From assembly GCA_963788655.1 (NCBI GenBank), contig CAWBHS010000075.1:32001-96000 (forward strand): 64,000 nucleotides of DNA, written 5' to 3'. Below the pieces are notes generated by a model. The model was given only the letters and a program-made list of their open reading frames with translations. It ran no database searches and had not been told where the DNA came from. Positions 9,536 to 18,406 of this stretch are shown piece by piece. The translations under genes were made by a program, and so were the position numbers. Each line of letters opens with the position of its first letter. The first letter of the stretch is position 1. The stretch comes from an uncultured Verrucomicrobiae bacterium (lineage in GTDB: Bacteria; Verrucomicrobiota; Verrucomicrobiia; Limisphaerales; JAFGQR01).

Positions 9536-11274
9536 TGTGCCAAAACAACCAACTACCCTCGAATCGATTGGCCCATACGAGCAGGGGCCGATGGATCGTT
9601 CAACTGGTCGCCGCCGTCGGATTATCCTTAATCTCAGGGGGGGCCCTTTCCGCGGCGGTTTTTCAATACACCGTGCCGGTCAAGACCGCGAAGGGTGAGA
9701 GCACCGCCTATCTCTGGATTCCGCCAATGGAACGGCAGATTCGCGGTGTGGTGATGGCCGGCATGACGCTGATGGAACGGCAATTTGCCGAAGATCCACA
9801 AATCCGGCAGGCGTGCGCCACGGAACAGTTGGCCATCGTATTTCTGAAATGCGGTTTGGGCGCCGCGCAGTTGCCACAGGTATTGGATGATTTGGCCGTG
9901 CATTCCGGTTACCGGGAGTTGTCCGTGGCGCCGCTCCTGTTTGTCGGTCACTCGGCCGGCGGGCCCCAAGCCAAAGCGGCCGCAATCGAGATGGCGGGTC
10001 GCTGTTTCGGCTTGGTGCTCTATCGCGGTGGTGTGCCGGGAGGAATAGAACCGACGCCCCCAGGGATTCCCGTGTTGATGATGCTCGGTCAGTTCGATGA
10101 GTTCGGCGGCGCCATGCGCGATGATGCCGGACGTGAGGCCTGGGAGGGCGGCCGTGATGCTCTGGCGGCCTTTCGGACGAAGGATGAGCGTAACCTCGGC
10201 AGCCTCGTGGTCGAGCCGGGAGCCGGACACTTTGCGTGGTCGCACCGCAACGCTGCGTACCTCGCGCTGTTCATTCGCAAGGCGGCCCAGGCGCGCATTC
10301 CGAATCCGTGGCCCATCGACGCAGCCCAACCCGTCGCCTTGCGGACCATTGATCCGCGAAGGGGTTGGCTGACGGACCTGACCATTAAAACACCCGGAGG
10401 CTTGGCGCCTGCTCCGTACGACCAATACCCGGGACCTAAAACGAATACGGCCTGGCACTTCGACCGCGAACTGGCGCAGGCCACCCTCGCCTATCACGCG
10501 GGCGACGTTCCTAACCGAGCCGCGACCGTGAGGAAGCGCAGCGACACCGAGCCGCTTGCTGACGCGCGCAGCTCGATTAGCACCGCCTTCGGCAAACTGG
10601 ATCAATTCATTCAATGGCAAGATCCCCATTGGGTGGATGCCGGGGCGCGTTTCTTTTTTAGCAAGGTCGATTGGGTGGGCGACGGACAGACCTTTGAAGT
10701 GCATCCGGTTTATGCTGCAACCGTCCCGAGCCAGCGCGACGGCAAAGGGCCGCGTTGGCCACAGGCGGGCAAACCAGTCGGCCATTCGGACTCCCCCATT
10801 CTCGTGCGAGCGGTCGGCGGGCCAGCGGTGGCGGTTGGCACCAACCGGCTGCGCCTCCAATTCGACGCTTTGGCCCCGGCCAGCGATGGCAGTCGGGTGA
10901 CTCTTCTGGCCTACAGCGAGGGCGATGGGAAGTATCGCTACACCGAGCACATCGGAATGCTGCCACGAGGCTTTCGCGGGCTGAAAAGTGGCAAGCCGCA
11001 GACGATTTCGTTTGCGCCCATTGGGAACCTGAAAGCCAACGCCCCGCCGCCGCAACTCCAGGCGACGAGCGATGCTGGGTTGCCGGTGGAATTCTATGTT
11101 GCATACGGCCCGGCAATAGTCACGAACGGACGGCTGCGAATCGCCGAATTACCCACCCGAGCACAGTACCCGCTGGCGGTAAAAGTGGTGGCGTACCAGT
11201 TCGGCCGGGGTGTGGAGCCGCGGGTGCAGACGGCGGCGCCCGTTGAACAGATTGTCCGAATTGAAAGCCCGTGA
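9535..11274 (+). CDS. Secreted alpha/beta-hydrolase, paralog of the upstream gene
   Basis: TGATG overlap with the previous gene; SGYRELSVAPLLFVGHSAGG, EPGAGHF, GWLTDL; C-terminal QTISFAPI...ATSDAGLPV Ig-like module. Confidence 0.7.
   Translation: MCQNNQLPSNRLAHTSRGRWIVQLVAAVGLSLISGGALSAAVFQYTVPVKTAKGESTAYLWIPPMERQIRGVVMAGMTLMERQFAEDPQIRQACATEQLAIVFLKCGLGAAQLPQVLDDLAVHSGYRELSVAPLLFVGHSAGGPQAKAAAIEMAGRCFGLVLYRGGVPGGIEPTPPGIPVLMMLGQFDEFGGAMRDDAGREAWEGGRDALAAFRTKDERNLGSLVVEPGAGHFAWSHRNAAYLALFIRKAAQARIPNPWPIDAAQPVALRTIDPRRGWLTDLTIKTPGGLAPAPYDQYPGPKTNTAWHFDRELAQATLAYHAGDVPNRAATVRKRSDTEPLADARSSISTAFGKLDQFIQWQDPHWVDAGARFFFSKVDWVGDGQTFEVHPVYAATVPSQRDGKGPRWPQAGKPVGHSDSPILVRAVGGPAVAVGTNRLRLQFDALAPASDGSRVTLLAYSEGDGKYRYTEHIGMLPRGFRGLKSGKPQTISFAPIGNLKANAPPPQLQATSDAGLPVEFYVAYGPAIVTNGRLRIAELPTRAQYPLAVKVVAYQFGRGVEPRVQTAAPVEQIVRIESP
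10511..10580. repeat. REP-like palindrome inserted in frame in the CDS
   Basis: CTAACCGAGCCGCGACCGTGAGGAAGCG...CGCTTGCTGACGCGCGCAGCTCGATTAG; translates as NRAATVRKRSDTEPLADARSSI. Confidence 0.75.
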
Positions 11275-11468
11275 GCAAGCTTCCGCGTACATCCGCGCGG
11301 GCACTTATTTGATCCGTGAGTCGCTGGTTTACGGGTCGCACAGGTTCCCGCCCGCCAAACCTCACCCCAAGCCACTTAAAGAGCGAGAAGTTCGAGCTTT
11401 TCTCTCCCAAACGGCTCGGGCATTCTTGGGTCATGTCCCGGTATCATGCCTGCATTTGTTTCCCGTTG

Positions 11469-12051
11469 ATGACCAGGATCGGCCTGCCTGGCGCACTTGC
11501 CATCGCAACCTTCCTCTTCGTTTTGGCGGCCGCCATACTGGAGGCGTCTCCGGTCATTCTCGACGGCTTGGAAACTGGCAAACCGACGGTGCTGACTGCC
11601 GCGGAGGGTGCCTCCCTGGACGAGTCGGCCGCCACCAAGGCTGCTGGCAAGGTCGGGGGCTTCGACGCGGCGCAGGTTACGATGGTGTTTGCCTCGGCGG
11701 GCCGCGAACTTGAAGGGCAGGCAGGGCAACAACTTCGAAATGCTGGCTGAAAAGCGGACCGATCGCGGGCTGCCCAATGCCTGGGGCGGCCAGATGGATG
11801 CCGGCGATTGGGATCGCAACTCGCGGCATCCGGCGGCCAGGTGGTGGCTGGTGGATCTCTACGAATTGTTCCCGAACCGGATCGGCAAACTGAAGCTTGC
11901 CTTGCCACTCGCCGAAGCGACCAATGCCATCCCGGACATCCTCGAGAGTTATTGGGACATCTACACCGTGCCCTCGTCGAACGAATACATTATTCACCAA
12001 ACCATCATCCCCACCGCCTATTACTGGGGTTTCCTGGCGGCAAGAAAATGA
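11469..12051 (+). pseudogene. Internally deleted glycoside hydrolase family 9-like relic
   Basis: A signal-peptide fragment, then in another frame NAWGGQMDAGDWDR (GH9 DAGD motif) and PDILE joined directly to a GH9-type C-terminus (NEYIIHQTIIPTAYYWGFLA). Far too short for a GH9. Confidence 0.55.
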
Positions 12052-12064
12052 GGAAAGAAACAAA

Positions 12065-14410
12065 ATGAACTTTCGAGAATCAATTGTAATTTCATTGTTG
12101 GCTCAGGGATGCGTGATCGCAGCATCAGGGAATGAGATCCCGAGCGTGTTCGAGATGGCCCAGCCACGAAGTTTGCCCCCGGGCGCGCCGAAGTATAGCG
12201 ATGTTTGCATGCGGAATCTGAGGGTGTATCCCACGGATCCACACGATCGCAAGGATACCATTCGCACGATCAAGGAATTCCAGGTAACGCGGATGGATTG
12301 GACCTATGGTCTGTCACGGGAGTTTCTGGAGCAAGCCCATGCGATGGGCGTAAGCGTGCAGGGCACGGTGGGGAGTTTATTGAAGCGAGATAAACCAGGA
12401 GAGTTGAATTCACCGGCGAGTATCGGAATCGAGAACCTCGACGGCGGGGAAGTGATGGCGCATTGGATGCGGTCGGAGTATTGGCATGAGCGATTATGGG
12501 GTTGCGTGAACAAGCCGGCCTATCGGAGCGCCCGCCTGGAAGTCCAAAAACGCCTGCTCGATTTGGGAGTGGACCGGCTCCACGTGGACGATCCCGCGAT
12601 GAACAAGATGGCCGTGATGTGGGGCGCCTGTTTTTGCGAGCATTGCATGCAGGGATTTCGAGAGTATCTGAAACCAAACACGACTCAGCCGCAGCAAGAG
12701 AGCATGGGGATAAAGGATATCGGTCGCTTCGATTACAAAGAGCACTTAAAGCGTGCAGGAGCGCCGGTGGGCGATGCTTTCAATGGTTGGGAAGGGGGAG
12801 AACTCAAAAGGTTGTTCCAGGCGTACCAGGCCGAGTGTACGCTCGAGTTTCACCGTTGGAACCGAGAACAGTTGAACCAGTATGCGGGACACACCGTCGC
12901 GTATTCATGCAACAACGGCGTGCATGGTTTTTCGGGTGAATATGGCGTGTTCGACTACGCGCTGGGCGAGTTGTGGTATCGGGATGCGCGGCCACAACAT
13001 ATCTATGCAGCGGCCATGGAAGCGGCTGCTTTGGGCAAGATGCAGGTGATCACGATGCCCAAGCCTTACTATCACGAATCCAATCCCGAGTGGGAACGGC
13101 TGACCCGCCAATCCACGGCTATGGCCTATGCGTGTGGGGCCAACATCCTGGTGCCCTATGATATTTACCTGCCCATCCCGTCGCTGATCCGTTATTACGG
13201 CAGCCCGGAGCAGTATGCGGATCTGTTCGGATTTGTCCGGGGGATGGCAGAATATCTGGATGGGTATGAAAACGCGTACGCGGGAGGACGAACGATTGCG
13301 GATGCGCGGTGGACGGAAAAACCCGGTCCAGTACCAATAAGTGCCGACCGACGAGAAATGGCAGCCGTCGTACGAGTAAAACCGGGTCGGAAAGACAAAG
13401 TCGTGATTCATCTGGTGGATTGGGGGAAAGAACCACAGGCGTTCCGGTTGAACATCGATCCGGAGAGTTTCTACGGCGGTGACCGCAAGGTGCATTGGCG
13501 ATTGCTGGTACCAGCAGCATATATTCGGTCGGCGCATGAACGAGCCCAGGCCAGCGGAGACTACTCCCCGCTGGTTGCCGAAGCAGCCTCCGGGCAAGGG
13601 ATGATCAATGAGCTGTCGCTGCCGGCATTGCATCCTTGGGGAGTGCTGGTGTTGGCTCCAATGGAAAAGGTGGCGGGCTATCTATGGCCGCCCACCATCC
13701 TGGGTGAATCGCGGTTCATCGAAAACGGGCAAGTGGTGATCCGGTGTGCAACGAAAGGGGCTCAGATCCGGTTTACCACCGATGGCACGGAACCCAATCG
13801 CGAATCGTCATTATATACCGAGCCATTGGTCCTGGCTGAATCGACCGTGATCAAAGCACGTTCATTCAGAGACCATGCGGCGAGCAAGGTAACTGAAGGG
13901 CAGTTTGTGCGGGAAGAATCACGGGTGAATATCTTGCGGAACGGCGACTTTGAGAAGGGAATGACAGGCTGGGAAATAGTGAACTCAAACAGTGGAAAGA
14001 CCGCCATGCCAGGAGAAGTCACCGAACGGGAAGACAGCAAGGGGCGGGCATTGCGGATTGCTCCGGGAAATTCCGGCGAAAGAACGAGTCATTTCCGATT
14101 GACGCAACCTTTTACGGCACGTGCGGGGGGATACTATGATTTGCGCTGGCGGGCGCGCGCGGAGCAACCGACGACCATCGTGGTCAAACTGCAGGAGCCG
14201 ACCGAGCCCCATCGGGCGTTACGCGGGATCAGTTGCAATTTGGATCGCGAGTGGCAGGAGTTTTCCCTGCGAGGTTATAATGCGGACCGAAAGTGGGAAG
14301 GCCCCTGGCCCCAAGCGATTCGTTGCCGAGTGCAGTTTGATTTGAAAGTATCGATGGAAAACGTGGTTTGGCTGGATGAAGTGCAACTGGAAGAGGATTG
14401 GCTGGAGTAA
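12065..14410 (+). CDS. Secreted glycoside-hydrolase-like protein with chitobiase/FN3-like and CBM4/9-like domains
   Basis: ATG at 12065 after a purine-rich SD; TIM-barrel-like region with HVDDP and CFCEHC; IRFTTDGTEP (chitobiase C-terminal FN3-like); NILRNGDFEKG.TGW (CBM4/9-like). Confidence 0.6.
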   Translation: MNFRESIVISLLAQGCVIAASGNEIPSVFEMAQPRSLPPGAPKYSDVCMRNLRVYPTDPHDRKDTIRTIKEFQVTRMDWTYGLSREFLEQAHAMGVSVQGTVGSLLKRDKPGELNSPASIGIENLDGGEVMAHWMRSEYWHERLWGCVNKPAYRSARLEVQKRLLDLGVDRLHVDDPAMNKMAVMWGACFCEHCMQGFREYLKPNTTQPQQESMGIKDIGRFDYKEHLKRAGAPVGDAFNGWEGGELKRLFQAYQAECTLEFHRWNREQLNQYAGHTVAYSCNNGVHGFSGEYGVFDYALGELWYRDARPQHIYAAAMEAAALGKMQVITMPKPYYHESNPEWERLTRQSTAMAYACGANILVPYDIYLPIPSLIRYYGSPEQYADLFGFVRGMAEYLDGYENAYAGGRTIADARWTEKPGPVPISADRREMAAVVRVKPGRKDKVVIHLVDWGKEPQAFRLNIDPESFYGGDRKVHWRLLVPAAYIRSAHERAQASGDYSPLVAEAASGQGMINELSLPALHPWGVLVLAPMEKVAGYLWPPTILGESRFIENGQVVIRCATKGAQIRFTTDGTEPNRESSLYTEPLVLAESTVIKARSFRDHAASKVTEGQFVREESRVNILRNGDFEKGMTGWEIVNSNSGKTAMPGEVTEREDSKGRALRIAPGNSGERTSHFRLTQPFTARAGGYYDLRWRARAEQPTTIVVKLQEPTEPHRALRGISCNLDREWQEFSLRGYNADRKWEGPWPQAIRCRVQFDLKVSMENVVWLDEVQLEEDWLE

Positions 14411-14468
14411 CCACCCTGACGTCACACGTGAAGAAATTGAGCAACCGGTCTTTAGTAAATACATGGTA

Positions 14469-17291
14469 ATGAAACATTCCTTTAGCCTGATCGTTGGTGC
14501 CCTCTGTCTTCCATTGCTGACGGCACAAGGCGCGGCTTCCACCAACAACGTTCCTGTGCGACTCGAATTGAATCCGCAGGCCGGAGTCCACCGGATGTAT
14601 GAATTGCCTGACTCCACTCCGGGCCGAATCCTGCCCGTCACCATCGAACTCAGCGTCGCCAGCCAGGATGGCAAGCCCCGGCAGGTGGAAATCCACTGGG
14701 GCGCTCGCGACATTTTTCATCAGCCCATTGCCTGGAACGAACAGCGCCGGATCGCTCTGCCTGCCGATGCCCAAGGTGTTCGCGAGCGCTTCGAGTTTCC
14801 CGCCGTCCAAGGCTTCTTCCAGGTATTTGCAGCCTGCGACGTGGACGGTATCCAGATGGAAGCCTCGACTGGCATAGGCATTGTGCCGCCACACCGGACC
14901 GGCGTGCGCCCCGACTCGTTTTTCGCCTCAAACACTTCGAACATTCGTCGCGGTCAGGATCTGCGTTTTCTCCAAATGCTCGGAATGAAGGTGCAACGCA
15001 CGCATCTCAATCCCATCCGCGCCAGCATCCCGGATCGCGCGGAGGGACCGCTCGAATTGAACCTCGAAGAAATGGACCGCGCCTTCGCCGACTGCAAACG
15101 CCACGACACCTGGATTATGCCCATTGTCGGGTATCACTTCGGCGAGCGGATGCGCTCGGAGTTGGCGCGCCGAACCGGCATGCACGGGCCGCCTCGGGAC
15201 GTGGGGGAATTTGTGAATACTTGGGAAACGATTGTCCGCCGCTACCCGGAGATTCGCACTTACGAATTTTGGAACGAGCCGTGGATCTACGGCTGGACCT
15301 GGGCTGCTGAGCCGGAGGTGTATCGTCAATTCCAAAAAGCCTGGTGCGAAATGGCGCGAAAATCCAATCCGGGCGTTCGCCTCATTGCCGGCAACAGTTC
15401 CATGTTTGTCGAGGACCACATCGAGCCTTACCCGGATTGCTGGCGGGGATTGCTGGATGGCACCTCGCATCATCCCTATTCCGGCGTGCATGATCCCACC
15501 TTCCGCAACAGCGGCCAGGGCCGGGCATTGGATCAAGGCGCTGTCGTCACGCGGCGGATGCAATTGCCCTATTATTACATGACCGAGGCCGGCAGTGCAT
15601 CCGGCGACGAGATTGATGCCTACAAGCTGGTGCAGTATTTCGTGCGATCCGCATTGGCCGGCGCTTTCCAGGGCAATGCTCAATGGGGATTTGGCTATCA
15701 TCCCGGCAACACCCGGGCCAATACCACCTTCGCGGTCATGACTCATTGGCTGGAGGATCGTCCGATCGTTGCCGACATTTGGCCGCATCATGAACTGTTG
15801 TGGGGCGCCATTTTCGCCCACCCGAGCCAGGTGACGGATGCGGTGAAACGTCTTCCGCGCGCCAACGAGCTGAGCAGTCGCTGGAACGTGCCGGTTCCAC
15901 CGGATCGCGAAGCGGATGATCTCAAGGTCGCCGTCGTATGGTGCCATACCGGCCCGGACGCGGGGAACATTGATCCCAAGGGCAGGTTGCTGATTCCGCA
16001 GCCAGGCGACATTCGCGCCTACGACCTCGTGGGGCGTGAAATTCCCCAAACCGACGGCGCCTTCACCGTGCCATTCGGCGAACGCGTGGTTTGGCTGACC
16101 ACCCGCAAACTGGATGTGGTCACGTTCCGTGATCGCATTGCCCATGCGCAACTCCATCGCCTGACTCCTTTGAATGCGTATGCGCTTTCCCTGATACACG
16201 CCCCACAACAAGCCCAGACGCTCAATGTGCGAGTCGAAAACCAGTTGAACCGCGCGGTCGCCGGGACGTTGACCATGACTCGGCACGCCGATGGCAAACG
16301 CAGCCACGCGCCGTTCACCATTCCGGGAGGTCAATTAGCCGAAGTCCCCCTCGAATGGCCAGCCAATGAACTGCCGCCCCAATCGCGATACGAACTGACA
16401 CTGGAATTTGAAACGGACGCCGGCTCGGTGAGCTACAGGCAGTCAGTGGCCAGCGCGCGGTTTTACCGCCGGCCGAACATTTCTGTGGACGGCAAACTTG
16501 ACGACTGGACCGGCGTGCTGCCCATCTATTTGGACAGCGCCCGACAGGATGGCAGACTGGACCCCACCCTCGCGCTGTTGAATCCCGGCAAAGTGCAAAC
16601 CGCCCGGGGCGATGGCGGCCGGGTGCAGATCCGGCTATACACGGCTTTTGACGACAACAACGTGTACGTAGCCGCCGCGGTGAATGAGCCGCAACTGACG
16701 TGTCGCGCTGGACAACCGGTGATTCGGCGTGGACCCGACGGCGTCGTCGAATTGCCGTATCGCATGGGCGAGCCGGAAGGTTTGGAGCACATCAGCCTGT
16801 GCGGGGATGCCTTGTTCTTCGCGTTTGGCTTTCGCGACCGGGTGCCCGGTTGGGGCCGCCAGATGGATGATCCCTGGGCTTGGAAAGGTCATTTTTATGA
16901 CACCGACTACCAATATGTCATGCACCCCTCCACCACCGGCCCAAAACTGATTCGACAATGGGGCGCCGATACGTCCCGCCGCACGGCCTATCAAACAACC
17001 GCCGTTCCCGGAGTCGGACCGGTCGAAGGCGCGGTGGTACGAATCGAACGCGATGAAAACACCCAGCTCACCATTTACGAAGCCGCCATTCCCCGCACCG
17101 AACTGGAGCTCTTCAATCCTCAAGCGGAACGGCTGCGCTTCAGTTTCCTGCTCAAATGCAACGAAGTGGGCTGGCCTTTGCAATGGGCGTCCGCGGCGGG
17201 CGTGTTTGATTATTGGCTAGGCTCCGGCTCGTTCAGTCCCAGTTGGGTTTCGGTTTTGCCGTGCCAAACCGTTTTTGGAATTGAAAAATGA
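14469..17291 (+). CDS. Secreted clan GH-A-like glycoside hydrolase (GH5/GH39-like) with C-terminal CBM9-like domain
   Basis: Signal peptide; YEFWNEP acid/base motif, HHPY, YMTEAG nucleophile; ISVDGKLDDW, AFDDNNVYVAA.V and IYEAAIP CBM9-like motifs. Confidence 0.7.
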   Translation: MKHSFSLIVGALCLPLLTAQGAASTNNVPVRLELNPQAGVHRMYELPDSTPGRILPVTIELSVASQDGKPRQVEIHWGARDIFHQPIAWNEQRRIALPADAQGVRERFEFPAVQGFFQVFAACDVDGIQMEASTGIGIVPPHRTGVRPDSFFASNTSNIRRGQDLRFLQMLGMKVQRTHLNPIRASIPDRAEGPLELNLEEMDRAFADCKRHDTWIMPIVGYHFGERMRSELARRTGMHGPPRDVGEFVNTWETIVRRYPEIRTYEFWNEPWIYGWTWAAEPEVYRQFQKAWCEMARKSNPGVRLIAGNSSMFVEDHIEPYPDCWRGLLDGTSHHPYSGVHDPTFRNSGQGRALDQGAVVTRRMQLPYYYMTEAGSASGDEIDAYKLVQYFVRSALAGAFQGNAQWGFGYHPGNTRANTTFAVMTHWLEDRPIVADIWPHHELLWGAIFAHPSQVTDAVKRLPRANELSSRWNVPVPPDREADDLKVAVVWCHTGPDAGNIDPKGRLLIPQPGDIRAYDLVGREIPQTDGAFTVPFGERVVWLTTRKLDVVTFRDRIAHAQLHRLTPLNAYALSLIHAPQQAQTLNVRVENQLNRAVAGTLTMTRHADGKRSHAPFTIPGGQLAEVPLEWPANELPPQSRYELTLEFETDAGSVSYRQSVASARFYRRPNISVDGKLDDWTGVLPIYLDSARQDGRLDPTLALLNPGKVQTARGDGGRVQIRLYTAFDDNNVYVAAAVNEPQLTCRAGQPVIRRGPDGVVELPYRMGEPEGLEHISLCGDALFFAFGFRDRVPGWGRQMDDPWAWKGHFYDTDYQYVMHPSTTGPKLIRQWGADTSRRTAYQTTAVPGVGPVEGAVVRIERDENTQLTIYEAAIPRTELELFNPQAERLRFSFLLKCNEVGWPLQWASAAGVFDYWLGSGSFSPSWVSVLPCQTVFGIEK

Positions 17292-17337
17292 TGAAACTTA
17301 AAAAAGAACAGAGTCAGCGCCATACATATCAGCATTT

Positions 17338-18339
17338 ATGAAAAGCAATCTCGCTCTATGCCCCGTCGTCATCGTCGTTCTCCTGGGAGTCATCGCTTCG
17401 GAGATGCAAGCCATCGTTCCGGAATACATTGTCAAAGATGGAGCCGTAAGCATCAAAGGTGTCGATGGATCGAACTCGATCATTTACGACAACGACTGGT
17501 GGTTCGATGTCTTCGACAACAATTATCTATGGGCCCAGGCCAGCCTGGGAAAAGCGCACCTGGTGGGCAACATCGTGAGCCGGGACATGTGGGACTGGGA
17601 GAAAGGCTATCTCTACCCGATGCAGCGTTGCGTGGACGACGCTAAGAAAGCCATTCAACTCGCACGAAAATCGGGTCTGAAACACATTCCCGATGCCACG
17701 ATTGGATCGGATCAAATTCTTCGGGCACCGCAAAACGGTCGCATTGAAGACACCCTGGCTCACCCTACGGATGGCAGCCGCTTGATCGTTCGCGAAGCTC
17801 GAAAAGCGTCGCCGGAAAAGCCACTGGTAATCGTGGCAGGCGGACCGTTGACCACGGTTGCCAATGCATTACTGACGGATCCAGACATCGCCCCCAACCT
17901 CGTCGTGTTTGGACTGACCGTGAGTTTCTACGGTTACAACGGCAAGGATGGCTGGAGCGCATACATCGTCGCAAAACGCGCGCGCCTGGTGGAATGGGCC
18001 ACCAAAACTTTCTGGATCAAAGGGTCGGTGTTCCAGCCCCAGCATTTCAACAAGTTGCCGGACAATCCATTCTGCAACGAAATGAAATCATTCATTCGCA
18101 AGGACCTCGGCCTGGCCAATCAACTCGGGGACGGGGCGCCCCTGGTCTGGCTTTACGATCCCAAGTGCTGGACCGGCGCGCGAACGCGCCAAGCCGTTTG
18201 GCGAGGCAAGGCAGTTGATTTCAACGAGAGCAACGAGGGTGACGTTCTGGACATTCCCCGGGATAAAACTGATTTGGAGCGTTGCCGCAAAGAATTCTTC
18301 CGGGTGATGGAAAATCCGCGGGTTTACCAAGAGGATTGA
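17338..18339 (+). CDS. Secreted nucleoside hydrolase (IUNH)-like protein
   Basis: N-terminal hydrophobic segment; IIYDNDW..D metal-binding-like motif; VAGGPLTTVANALLTDPDIA typical of the IUNH fold. Confidence 0.6.
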   Translation: MKSNLALCPVVIVVLLGVIASEMQAIVPEYIVKDGAVSIKGVDGSNSIIYDNDWWFDVFDNNYLWAQASLGKAHLVGNIVSRDMWDWEKGYLYPMQRCVDDAKKAIQLARKSGLKHIPDATIGSDQILRAPQNGRIEDTLAHPTDGSRLIVREARKASPEKPLVIVAGGPLTTVANALLTDPDIAPNLVVFGLTVSFYGYNGKDGWSAYIVAKRARLVEWATKTFWIKGSVFQPQHFNKLPDNPFCNEMKSFIRKDLGLANQLGDGAPLVWLYDPKCWTGARTRQAVWRGKAVDFNESNEGDVLDIPRDKTDLERCRKEFFRVMENPRVYQED

Positions 18340-18406
18340 GGGCGAGCAGCCGGTCGCGATGTGCTTCGACACGCACAGGCACAGCCCCATTCCGCAACGT
18401 GGCGGT

